This document shows, piece after piece, positions 1-9,700 of a DNA stretch of 64,000 bases. The DNA lies in assembly GCA_050253415.1 (NCBI GenBank), contig JBFWJC010000004.1:64001-128000 (forward strand), written 5' to 3'. Positions within the stretch are counted from its first letter, which is position 1, and every line of letters starts with the position of its first letter. A program made the position numbers and the translations under genes. The DNA comes from Pedobacter sp. Its GTDB lineage: Bacteria; Desulfobacterota; Desulfuromonadia; Desulfuromonadales; Syntrophotaleaceae. The notes beneath the pieces were generated by a model. That model was given only the letters and a program-made list of their open reading frames with translations. It ran no database searches and was not told the origin of the DNA.

Positions 1-772
1 TCTTGATGCGACCATCCTGCGGCAAACGGCGTTCGGCGATATCCATCTCCGCCATGATTTTGATACGTGAGGTGATCGCCGCGCGCAACTTGGTGGGTGG
101 CTTCATCACCTCATAGAGAACCCCGTCGATACGATAACGCACGCGGAACGATTTTTCATAAGGTTCTATATGAATATCCGAAGCTTTTTTCTTGATGGCG
201 TCGGTCAAGATGAGATTGACCAATTTAACTACCGGAGCATCTTCGGTAGCCTTTTCCAATGCATGCACGTCGACTTTATCGTCATCGTCCACGATCTCAA
301 GATCAATATCTTCCAGATCGTCCATGACATCGGCCAGGGTGGCGGATTGGTCGTAATATTTATCGATCGCTTTCTTGATGGCCGACTCGGTGGCGACCAC
401 CACCTCGATATTAAAACCGGTCATGAATTTAAGATCGTCAATCGCAAACAGATTGGACGGATCATTCATGGCGACGATCAAAGTGGAACCTGCCCGGTTA
501 ACAGGTACGATCTGATATTTCTGAGATATCTCGGCGGGGACATGACGAACGACATCCGGATCAATTTCAAAGTCATTCAGATTGATGGATGGCACACCAT
601 ACTGCTTGGACAAAAATGCGGAGAGTTCTTCTTCCTTGACAAACCCCAGACGAACCAGGCAGGTGCCAAGACGCCCACCATTAAGCTTCTGATCTTCCAA
701 AGCCTGGTTCAATTGCTGGGCACTTATCAGATCGTTGCGAACCAGCAATTCGCCGAGTCGGTTACTTGTCAT
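1..772 (-). CDS. pilB: Type IV pilus assembly ATPase PilB, 5' part (runs off the window start)
   Basis: Not in the ORF track; translated by hand from ATG at 772: MTSNRLGELLVRNDLISAQQLNQALEDQ...DAPVVKLVNLILTDAIKKKASDIHIEPYEKSFRVRYRIDGVL...DIAERRLPQDGRI. These are the PilB/GspE signatures, with an N-terminal MshEN-like motif. Confidence 0.96.
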   Translation of the reverse strand, partial: MTSNRLGELLVRNDLISAQQLNQALEDQKLNGGRLGTCLVRLGFVKEEELSAFLSKQYGVPSINLNDFEIDPDVVRHVPAEISQKYQIVPVNRAGSTLIVAMNDPSNLFAIDDLKFMTGFNIEVVVATESAIKKAIDKYYDQSATLADVMDDLEDIDLEIVDDDDKVDVHALEKATEDAPVVKLVNLILTDAIKKKASDIHIEPYEKSFRVRYRIDGVLYEVMKPPTKLRAAITSRIKIMAEMDIAERRLPQDGRIK

Positions 773-876
773 GAAAAAAACCTCGGATTACTAAAAGGGA
801 GCAAAAACTTAAAACAACATAACATTAACTGCCACGCAGATTAGTCAACGGCTTAAAATAAGTCAAGAATTCGTAA

Positions 877-1737
877 TTAATTTTTACATGATGATATAAT
901 CGCCTGTTTCATAACACCTGCCGGGCATTCCCGGCCAGTCCAGATACGAAACGCATCTTCCCCCTGAGCAATGAGCATGCCCAGACCATCTGCGGCCAGA
1001 TGCCCATACTCGCGGGCCGAAGCAACCAGCGGTGTATCAGGTCTGCGATAAACAATGTCATAAACAACGGCGCTGGAATTAAGCTGCATCCACGGAATTT
1101 CCTCAAAAACCTCCCCTTTCATTCCAAGGGAGGTACTATTCAAAAGAAGGTCTACCGATGGGCAGACTTCTGAAAGTTCCACCTCATCCAGTCCCAGTAC
1201 AGCAAAAATCGTTCCCGGAAACAGTTTTCGAAATGACTGCGCCAGGTCTTCAGCTTTTCGCCGGGTACGATTGGCGATACCAATCCACTGCGCCCCCTGT
1301 TCGGCAAGTGCTACCAACGCAGCACGACTGGCACCACCTGCACCAAGCACCAGGATTCGTCGACCCTTTGGTTGGAAACCCAGATCCTGAGAAAGTGACT
1401 TTATGAGACCCGTTTCGTCGGTATTATAACCGACAAGACGACCATCTTCATTTATGACCGTGTTAACAGCGCCGATCATACGCGCCTTGGGATCCAGCTC
1501 ATCAAGGTAAGAAATAATTTTCTCTTTATGGGGGATGGTGACGTTCACCCCACGGATCCCCAAAGCGCGTAAAGCCTCAACAGCCTCTTCAAGTTTTACC
1601 GGCTCAACCATAAAAGGAACGTAAACGGCATCCAAGCCAACGGCCTGCAATGCTGCATTCTGCATAATTGGTGACAGTGAATGCTCAACCGGACAACCAA
1701 AAATACCGAAAACCTTTGTTTTACCTCGAATATTCAT
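877..1737 (-). CDS. aroE: Shikimate dehydrogenase
   Basis: HSLSP, GVNVTIPHKE, GAVNT, GYNTD, GAGGASRA and DGLGMLIAQG motifs. Start moved to MNIRGK (1737), which overlaps the ribF stop by 4 bp. Confidence 0.96.
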   Translation of the reverse strand: MNIRGKTKVFGIFGCPVEHSLSPIMQNAALQAVGLDAVYVPFMVEPVKLEEAVEALRALGIRGVNVTIPHKEKIISYLDELDPKARMIGAVNTVINEDGRLVGYNTDETGLIKSLSQDLGFQPKGRRILVLGAGGASRAALVALAEQGAQWIGIANRTRRKAEDLAQSFRKLFPGTIFAVLGLDEVELSEVCPSVDLLLNSTSLGMKGEVFEEIPWMQLNSSAVVYDIVYRRPDTPLVASAREYGHLAADGLGMLIAQGEDAFRIWTGRECPAGVMKQAIISSCKN

Positions 1738-2726
1738 AACTTTTTCTCTCCCCCGGTTGCCGCCTGTCCACAATCGAGGTACTCCCGATATTCAACAATC
1801 TTTGCATCAGGCAATAAAATACGGGCCCGATGAATGTCTTCCCCAATAGCAGCCCTCAAAGCTTCCGGACCATCAAAACATTTTTCATCCCGCAGCCTCT
1901 CGACAAAGTAAACTCTCAGATTTTCGCCGTAAAGATCCGCTTCAAAATCGAGAAGATGAACTTCTATAAATGACCCTGCGGCGCAAAATGTCGGATTCTG
2001 ACCAAGGTTCAAAACACCATCATGCAAAACATCGCCGCGCTTGACCTTTACCGCATAAACCCCGGGGCAGGGCATTAATTCCTTGTCCGTTTTAAGATTG
2101 GCGGTGGGAAAACCGAGCTTGGCACCACGGCCGAAACCGTGCACCACCTTGCCTTCGAAAGTATAATGCCGCCCGAGGACCTCGACTACTTCGCTTACCT
2201 GCCCTTGCCGGATCATCTCCCGCACCCGTGTCGAACTGTACACCTGACCGTGCGTGGCGATCGGTTCCAGTACTTCGACAGTGAACCCGAGATACTCGCC
2301 CATGCGACGAAGCAACTGAATATCCCCGGACCGATCCTTGCCGAACAGATAGTCGTAACCTACCACCAGATGACTGAGCCCGATTTTCTCAACGAGGATC
2401 TCGCGAACAAAGCGGTGGGCGGGAAGTTCAGCCAATTCGCGGGTAAACGGGGCGCAAATCAGCACATCAATACAGGAAGCCTCTATCAATTTTTCCTTTT
2501 CGGGATATGTATTGATCAGAGCAGGGGCATGTTCCGGCGCCACAATTTTCAGTGGATGGGGGACAAAAGTGTAGACAACCGAGGTTCCCCCTACGTCACG
2601 GCTACGCCTGACAACCCGCCGGAAAATTTCGCGGTGCCCCAGATGAATCCCATCGAAATTGCCAATGGTGACAACGGCATTGTCAATAGGGCTGGTCAAT
2701 TCTTCGAGATTATGAATAATTTTCAT
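1734..2726 (-). CDS. ribF: Bifunctional riboflavin kinase / FAD synthetase
   Basis: TIGNFDGIHLGH, YSSTRVRE, GFPTAN and EVHLLDF motifs. Confidence 0.97.
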   Translation of the reverse strand: MKIIHNLEELTSPIDNAVVTIGNFDGIHLGHREIFRRVVRRSRDVGGTSVVYTFVPHPLKIVAPEHAPALINTYPEKEKLIEASCIDVLICAPFTRELAELPAHRFVREILVEKIGLSHLVVGYDYLFGKDRSGDIQLLRRMGEYLGFTVEVLEPIATHGQVYSSTRVREMIRQGQVSEVVEVLGRHYTFEGKVVHGFGRGAKLGFPTANLKTDKELMPCPGVYAVKVKRGDVLHDGVLNLGQNPTFCAAGSFIEVHLLDFEADLYGENLRVYFVERLRDEKCFDGPEALRAAIGEDIHRARILLPDAKIVEYREYLDCGQAATGGEKKL

Positions 2727-2735
2727 GGTTTAAAT

Positions 2736-4898
2736 TCAACGCTTCTTCTTGCTTGACCGGCGTCCGGTACCAGCCGGTGCCACGGAAGGCATCATGCCCT
2801 GCAGTTCAAAATCCAACTCTCGGCGCTCAAGATTGACTTTTACCAGCCGTACGGACAACGCATCGCCAATACGGAAGATTCGACGACGACGCTGACCGAC
2901 CAATCGATGCAACTCCTCGTCAAATTCATAAAAATCGTCTATCAAGGTGGCGATGTGTACCAGCCCCTCGACAAAAATATCCTTCAATTCAACAAAAACT
3001 CCAAAAGGCTGCACGTCGGCAACACAAGCATCGAAGACCTCCCCGATCTTGTCGAGCATAATCTGGCAACGCTTCAGAGCTACTATTTCACGCTCGGCTT
3101 CCATGGCGCGACGTTCCTTCTGAGAGGTAAGGTCGCCGAGCTCCTCCAGCCCCTTAACAGGGGCTGGCACTCCGCGACTGACCAGCGCCTGGCGCAGAAT
3201 ACGATGAACCACCAGATCGGGATAACGCCGGATAGGTGACGTAAAATGGCAATAGCAGTCAGAAGCAAGGCCGAAATGCCCCAGGTTTTCAGAGCTGTAT
3301 CGCGCCTGCTTCATGCTTCGCAACAAAGATTGATTAACCATGCGCTCTTCAGGCCGACCGCGCACCGCTTCAAGCGCACCCTGCAGCGCACTCGGGTGTA
3401 CACCATCCCTGTCCAACACCATACCAACATTAAAGTGAGCCAAAAATGACTGAAAGGCAAAAAGCTTCTCTTCATCCGGGGGCTCATGTATTCGATAAAG
3501 AAGGGGAATATTACGATCAGACAAAAAGGTGGCGACAGCTTCGTTAGCTGCCAGCATGAACTCCTCGATGATACGGTGGGCAACCGTGCGTTCCGCACGA
3601 TGAATCTGATCGGGGTGCCCCTGCAGATCCAGCACAATCTCCGGCTCGGGCAAATCAAAGTCGAGACTACCCCTGCGATAGCGCATTGCCTGCAATCGCA
3701 ACGCAAGCTGTTCCATGACACGCAGTTGCGAGATCAACGCATCGGACAGTTCAGTTGTGGATGCCTCTTCCGCCGCCAGGACGTTTGCTACCTCGCGATA
3801 CGTCAACCGCGCCTTGCTGCGCATGACTGCAGGATAAAACCTGCTTTCAAGCCTCGCCCCCTGCGCATCGAAAAGCATCTCGGCGGTCAGTACCAACCGG
3901 TCTACCTCCGGTTGCAGGGAACAAATACCGTTACTCAAAGCCTCCGGCAGCATGGGCAAACAGGTGCCGGGAAAGTAAACACTTGTGCCCCTGTCCAGGG
4001 CATCGCGATCAAGAGGGCTGCCAGGCTCCACATAGTGGGCCACATCGGCAATCGCCACCCACAGGCGAATAGCACCACCTGGCTCCTGACTTACCGACAC
4101 GGCATCGTCAAAGTCCTTGGCCGTTTCTCCATCGATGGTAACCAGCAACCTGGAACGCAGATCCTCCCTGCCGGCTAAATCCTCCCCGGTAATTGCAACT
4201 GCAACCGATTGTGCCTGTTCCCAGGCTGCAACGGAAAATTCTCGAGGGAGATTGTACTTGTGGGCAACAGCCAGGATTTCGACCGCGGGATCAGTGGGGT
4301 CACCCAGCACCTCAAGGATAGAACCAACAGGAGGATGCTGTCGATCAGGATAACGATCGATGGCGACCACTACCAGGTATCCCGGCTGGATATCGGGAGG
4401 GGGAGAGGCAGAAAGCAGAATGGCTTGGGTCAATGCGGGATCGTTCGGCAGTACAATTCCCGGCCCCGGACCTGGCCGATACGTGCCGACAATCTGTTGA
4501 TGAGCCCGCTCCAAAACACGCATAATGCGCCCTTCAAAGCCGCCCCGCGATGAGCGTTGCACACGAACGGCAACCCGGTCCCCGTTCATGACTTCGCGCA
4601 TATACCTGGCCGGGACAAAGACATCGGGGCGGTTTTTGTCTTCAGGAACAACAAAACCATACCCCTGTCGATGGACCGAGACCTTGCCAACCACCGTATC
4701 GGTCGACCTTGCTACGGCATAAAGATCTCTTCTCACTCGGCGCACCAAGCCTTCCTCCACCATGGAATCCATCAAATGCAGGGCATGCTGACGTTCACCA
4801 CGTGAAAGTTTAAAATGAGAAAGGATCTGACGACCGGAAAGGGGGATCCCCCGGCTTTGACTCAATATTTTCAAAAGATCATCGGGCGTAAGGTTCAT
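2736..4898 (-). CDS. rnr: Ribonuclease R
   Basis: Cold-shock domains (GYGFV), RNB motif TIDGETAKDFDDAV, HFTSPIRRYPDLVVHR, S1 domain and basic C-terminal tail. Confidence 0.97.
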   Translation of the reverse strand: MNLTPDDLLKILSQSRGIPLSGRQILSHFKLSRGERQHALHLMDSMVEEGLVRRVRRDLYAVARSTDTVVGKVSVHRQGYGFVVPEDKNRPDVFVPARYMREVMNGDRVAVRVQRSSRGGFEGRIMRVLERAHQQIVGTYRPGPGPGIVLPNDPALTQAILLSASPPPDIQPGYLVVVAIDRYPDRQHPPVGSILEVLGDPTDPAVEILAVAHKYNLPREFSVAAWEQAQSVAVAITGEDLAGREDLRSRLLVTIDGETAKDFDDAVSVSQEPGGAIRLWVAIADVAHYVEPGSPLDRDALDRGTSVYFPGTCLPMLPEALSNGICSLQPEVDRLVLTAEMLFDAQGARLESRFYPAVMRSKARLTYREVANVLAAEEASTTELSDALISQLRVMEQLALRLQAMRYRRGSLDFDLPEPEIVLDLQGHPDQIHRAERTVAHRIIEEFMLAANEAVATFLSDRNIPLLYRIHEPPDEEKLFAFQSFLAHFNVGMVLDRDGVHPSALQGALEAVRGRPEERMVNQSLLRSMKQARYSSENLGHFGLASDCYCHFTSPIRRYPDLVVHRILRQALVSRGVPAPVKGLEELGDLTSQKERRAMEAEREIVALKRCQIMLDKIGEVFDACVADVQPFGVFVELKDIFVEGLVHIATLIDDFYEFDEELHRLVGQRRRRIFRIGDALSVRLVKVNLERRELDFELQGMMPSVAPAGTGRRSSKKKR

Positions 4899-4977
4899 AT
4901 AAAAGTAAAACCTTTATTGTTCCTGCTGAAGCGACACACTCCTATCGAACAACCCGAATTCCGGCAGATGGATAACT

Positions 4978-6327
4978 TCAATCTTCGACCGTCTCGCCGC
5001 GGACGATTTGGTTTACCACCAGGCCACTTAACAGTTTGGGATAGAAATACGTCGATTTTTGCGGCATTTTTTCACCGGCGTTAGCCACATCCCTGACCTG
5101 TACCATGCGTGTTGCATTCATCAAGAAAGCCAGCTGGTATTGCCCTGACTGCACCAAGGAGAAAGGCTCATCAAAATTTTTCACATACTTGAGGTTGGTC
5201 TGCCGCTCCTGAGCTTCAGGGGTTATATGCAGCATTTTTTCCAGGACAAGTCGGTGCAACACCGAGACATCGAGGGTCCGCAGGGCCTTGGATGCTTTTT
5301 CATCGAAGAAAACATCCATACAGGTCGCATCCTTGAGGGTCAAAACATAAAGAGTACGCCCACCGGCAAAAAGACCGATAGTGGGCCTATCCTCACCTTT
5401 ATTCTGAAGGATATCGCGCGCTTCACGACGTGATTGTGCCTCGTCCGGATCTACGGTATGTGCTTCAACTTCAAAATAGACACTTAATTCAGACAGAAAC
5501 GGCTCGAGCCGAAAGGATTCCAAACCATAAACCAGGCGGTGGGTAGGAAAAATCGACATGCCCTGGTCTTCCATATTGGCAAAATACATCAGAACATAAT
5601 TAAAAAGTTCCTTGCCACTGAAATCCTCACATTGCTGCCTTCTGAAATCCCGATAGTTCAAGGCAGTCTCATAACGATGATGGCCATCCGCGATAAAAAG
5701 TGGCTTTTTTTCAAGTAAATCGCAAACTTTACCAATGACAGTGCAATCGGTTACCTGCCACAAGCGATGAATAACCCCATCTTCGTCGGTCACCTCGACA
5801 TCCGGAGTACGTTTTTTGAGTTCCCAAGTCAGAGCCTCCTGAACGCAGCAGGGATCGGAATATAATCCGAATATAGGACTAAAATTGGCTTCGCAGGCCT
5901 TGGTCAATTTCAACCGATCCGCCTTTGGTCCGGAAAGGGTCTTTTCATGGGGCTTGACCATGCCGGTGGCAAAATCCTCCAGGCGCGCCAAAGCGATAAA
6001 CCCCTTGCGAACCACTGTCCCTACCCCTTCGACAGCATATTCTTCATCATACAGGTAGATGGACGGTTGATCGTCCCGGACAAGAACGTCATCCGCCAAC
6101 CACTGCCGGAAAAAACCTGCCGCCCTGGTATAACGGTTATTGCTCTCATCATCGCTGTCTTCTACCTTGCCTAAAATAAGACGAACGATATTAAAGGGAC
6201 TGCGCTGATACAAGTCTTCCTGCAACTCAGGAGAGATGACATCATACGGAGGCGCCGTAACGCGAGCAGGATCCTGGATTTTCTCAAGATTATAGCGGAC
6301 GGCCCTAAACGGATTGATTTTTGCCAT
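4978..6327 (-). CDS. DUF1015 family protein (ParB/sulfiredoxin-like fold suspected)
   Basis: APPYDVIS, KPHEKT, IADGHHRYETAL and MPQKSTYFYPKLLSGL are characteristic of DUF1015. Confidence 0.9.
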   Translation of the reverse strand: MAKINPFRAVRYNLEKIQDPARVTAPPYDVISPELQEDLYQRSPFNIVRLILGKVEDSDDESNNRYTRAAGFFRQWLADDVLVRDDQPSIYLYDEEYAVEGVGTVVRKGFIALARLEDFATGMVKPHEKTLSGPKADRLKLTKACEANFSPIFGLYSDPCCVQEALTWELKKRTPDVEVTDEDGVIHRLWQVTDCTVIGKVCDLLEKKPLFIADGHHRYETALNYRDFRRQQCEDFSGKELFNYVLMYFANMEDQGMSIFPTHRLVYGLESFRLEPFLSELSVYFEVEAHTVDPDEAQSRREARDILQNKGEDRPTIGLFAGGRTLYVLTLKDATCMDVFFDEKASKALRTLDVSVLHRLVLEKMLHITPEAQERQTNLKYVKNFDEPFSLVQSGQYQLAFLMNATRMVQVRDVANAGEKMPQKSTYFYPKLLSGLVVNQIVRGETVED

Positions 6328-6376
6328 ACGTCCAGACTCCCTTGCGATTCGGGTTTACGAGCTAAGCAAAATCATT

Positions 6377-6406
6377 ACTATACGCAAGGGGTCTTCATTG
6401 TGGCAA
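6377..6406 (-). promoter_or_regulatory. Putative sigma-70 promoter for the DUF1015-rnr-ribF-aroE(-pilB) transcript
   Basis: Minus strand reads TTGCCA-N18-TATAGT, about 50 bp upstream of the DUF1015 start. Confidence 0.5.
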
Positions 6407-6667
6407 GAATTTTTCTTTAATCGGCCGATTCCACAAAGGACTTAATAATAGGCTTGAATGGATACCAACAATAATATTTATAATATTTCGCAATTCAACA
6501 TCCCTTATTTGGGAGAATTTTAGTCGCCATTAACCCTACAGGTTATTTTCACCATTCCCACGAACAGAATCGCTGAAACTCCTTGGTCATCAAATTAAGG
6601 TATTCTTTGCCTTATGGACGCTTGTCTCTTTCCATAAGACACCCCACCAGCCTGACTGAAAAACAAA

Positions 6668-6701
6668 AAGGGGCGAAACGGTTGAAACCGTTTCGCCCCT
6701 T
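6668..6701 (-). terminator. Rho-independent terminator after pilY1 (cassette A)
   Basis: Perfect 15-bp stem AAGGGGCGAAACGGT-tgaa-ACCGTTTCGCCCCTT with a T-rich tail on the minus strand. Confidence 0.88.
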
Positions 6702-6749
6702 CATCCTGCAGGTTATGTTTTCCCAGATTTGAAAAAAAATGCTGTTACA

Positions 6750-9700
6750 TCAAAAGACCTCTCGCCATTGACGTAATCGAGTATAGGGCAATCCCCCCGT
6801 TTTAGTTTCGTTGTTATGCTTACCTGAACCAAGAGATGTCAATCCGTTCGCGGTTTTGAAATACAGATGTTCATCATAGACCAATGGGGTAGTGATAATA
6901 TCCCCCACCTCAACACCATGCGTTCCGGAGGCATCGTTGAGCAACGACGAACCGGAATAGCTAAAAGCGTAAATGCGCCCTTCATTTGGCCCGGCACAAG
7001 GGTCTTCCGTATCGGATGTCGCGGTGCCAAAGTAAATACTGCCCGCCGCAGCATAGGCCGAGGCAAAGACACGATGACCGGCCGGCAGAGTTTCAAACCA
7101 TGACAATTCAATGTTGTCGACAGAGGTAGAGCCCTTCTCTGCGTGATCCGTATAGGCAAAGAAGTGGTAGTTGGTATTGTCCGTATCTATATCCTCGTCT
7201 GCATAAGGGCTATCGCCGGTACCGAAGAAAATACGGACATTATATTCGAGTTCTCCACTACTGGTAAGACTGTTATCCACCACAACTGTCGGCGATGCGT
7301 AAATCGAATGGTACCGCTGAGCCGTCGGGACAGTAATCGTGGTCGAAACACCATCGGCATCCACCTGTTCATAGTCAAAGTCCGTGTTAATAACGCACTT
7401 ACTGATCGGATAAGCAAAACTGTCTGGTCGATCAGGGATATTCACCTTATATAAATACCCCTTGTCTGTACCAACATACAGACGATCGATATAACCGTTA
7501 TGATCAGTGTCGACTATGGCTGGCTGTCCCGAAGGAACGCCTCCCTTGCCCGCAGGCAAGCTATCAAGATAAATCCGCTCGATGACCTGACCGTTGGCGA
7601 TATCCACAACATAGACCGATGGATAGAGATTGGCATCAATTGTTTGACCACTTACAAAAAATGCGACCCATTTGGACTGTCCACCGACCCTGATTTGCCC
7701 CAAGATGGCAACCGCCGGTGAGGACCGGCTGCGAAACAGGTCCGGGTCCGCAAACTCCCATAAAAATGTGGGGTTATCGGGATTTGTGATATCCAATGCA
7801 AAGACCGAGTCTCCGCCGTTGCCTTCGGCGCAAAGAACTACGGTCTTCCACTCACCACCAATATAGACATCGGACACGGACGGTGAGGCATCGACAAATG
7901 CGCGGTCCTCGCCCTGAAGAAGATTGTTTTTCAACCTGGGCAGCAGGTTGGCCGGTATAAACGCCCACAACTCCTTACCATCACCATAATCGGGAGCCCG
8001 GTCCCTGTCTCCGTGGGTTTGCCAGGTAAAAAAGGGCGCTGAAGTTTCCGGGTTAGTATCCCCGTAATCAGAAAGGAAGGCTGCCCACCAATCCATAACA
8101 TCGGTGCTCGGGTCCCAGAGAAAATACCCGCGATTCTCCTTTTCTGCTGTCTGCACATTGTCTCCCCAGCGAAACTGACCGGCATTAAAAGCATGCAGCA
8201 TGCCACTGCGCGACCCGACCAGAACGATGGTGTCACGCTCGGCCTGCGCCGTAACAAAAGCATCGTAACTTTCACGCTGTGGCGACTCGGTGAAGTCGCT
8301 ACCGTAGTACCAGGCAGGCCTAGCCGGTGGGGTAACCACCGCCGGCACCGAGTGATCCACCGGGTCGAGAATCCACTGTTTGGGGGTGGATACACCATCG
8401 GCGTAGCCCCGCACCCAATTCACCAGATAGTCGCCATCTGCTTCAGTGTAGGCATTATCCTTGTTGAAATCGTAACGATAACCGGAACCATGGACAAAAG
8501 TGTTATCAAGACCCAGCATTGCATTGTCGACGCCAGCGGAGGTAAAGGATTGCAGAACAGAGGATGTCGCATACCATACATAGGAAGCATTAACCGGCAT
8601 CCCGCTCGTCAACACCTCATTGGGAGTAATCTTCCATTCGCCGGTGAAACGATTGATCGTTCCGCTGCCACCCAGACTGCCAACGAGAACATCGGTATGC
8701 TTGTCGGTAAAGGTTTCGGTCCCGGCGGTAATAACTACGCTTTCCCCCACTACCGGATGATGCGCCAACGTTCCACTAAAACCTGCTGTCACACCATCAC
8801 CGGTGGCAAGTTCCTCCCCGGAAACGGCCGTGAGACTTATGTTCGGATAAACAACCCTGCGGCTACTCGGTGCACTTTCTGCCAGCACTTCACCTGCGTC
8901 CCATAATTCCACGTTATCAGTGGTTGATGTATTTAACGGATCGTAGGTACGCATGGCCCGCAGATGCCCACGCAAAGCGCTTGTATCCCAATCGATGGCG
9001 GGCGTCTCATAGCTTCCGGAATACAACACATTGGCCTGCGCCACGGGAGACGCACGGGATATATCGGCGTGGGTAGACACGGCACCGGTCAGGTTAACAT
9101 CTAAAATTTCGGGGACACAGGTTTCTTCTTCGCTGGTGAGAACCGCTTTCCAGATTAGTTGGCGTCCCGAAAACCCAAGGCCAGCGAAGTCGATGCGCCG
9201 CGTCCGGTAGGTATAGGACGGGGTACCGGGGGACCAGCCTTCGACAGTAGCGCCAAGCGTTTTATCGCCATCCGCATCAAGGGTGTATTCGCGCACCGCA
9301 TCCCATGCGGTCACTTCAACCCAGTTATCACCATTATCAATCGAGACATAGTAGTCTATGTCGGTCTGGCCAGCGCACGGCATATTGTCCCAGACTTCAA
9401 TCTCAACCGCTGTATAAAAAGCCTCGGTATCAGTCGGTTCAATAGCCTGACTGGATTCCAACTGCGCCACCCCACCGGTACGGCGCTCGATTTGAAAAAC
9501 CATATCGTTGAAATCGGTGTCTCCTCCCCCCCAAAGATCCTCCCAGCCCAGTATCCATTCGTTAGGTTTATCTCCGGGTGTGCCAACGATAACGTGCGGA
9601 TATTGTTCACCATCGACAAGAGTCATGGTCTGGGTATCGTCTAAGGCGAACTGCAAATCGAATAAATCGTCCGCCCTGGTAATAGCGGCGGATTCCAGCC

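Noticed and set aside
170..844. 224-aa + strand ORF
   Set aside because: Antisense shadow of pilB, which clearly occupies the minus strand.
9526..9532. C7 run in pilY1-A (and other 7-nt homopolymers) as phase-variation tracts
   Set aside because: Short, in frame and explained by Trp-Gly-Gly codons; no frameshift seen.
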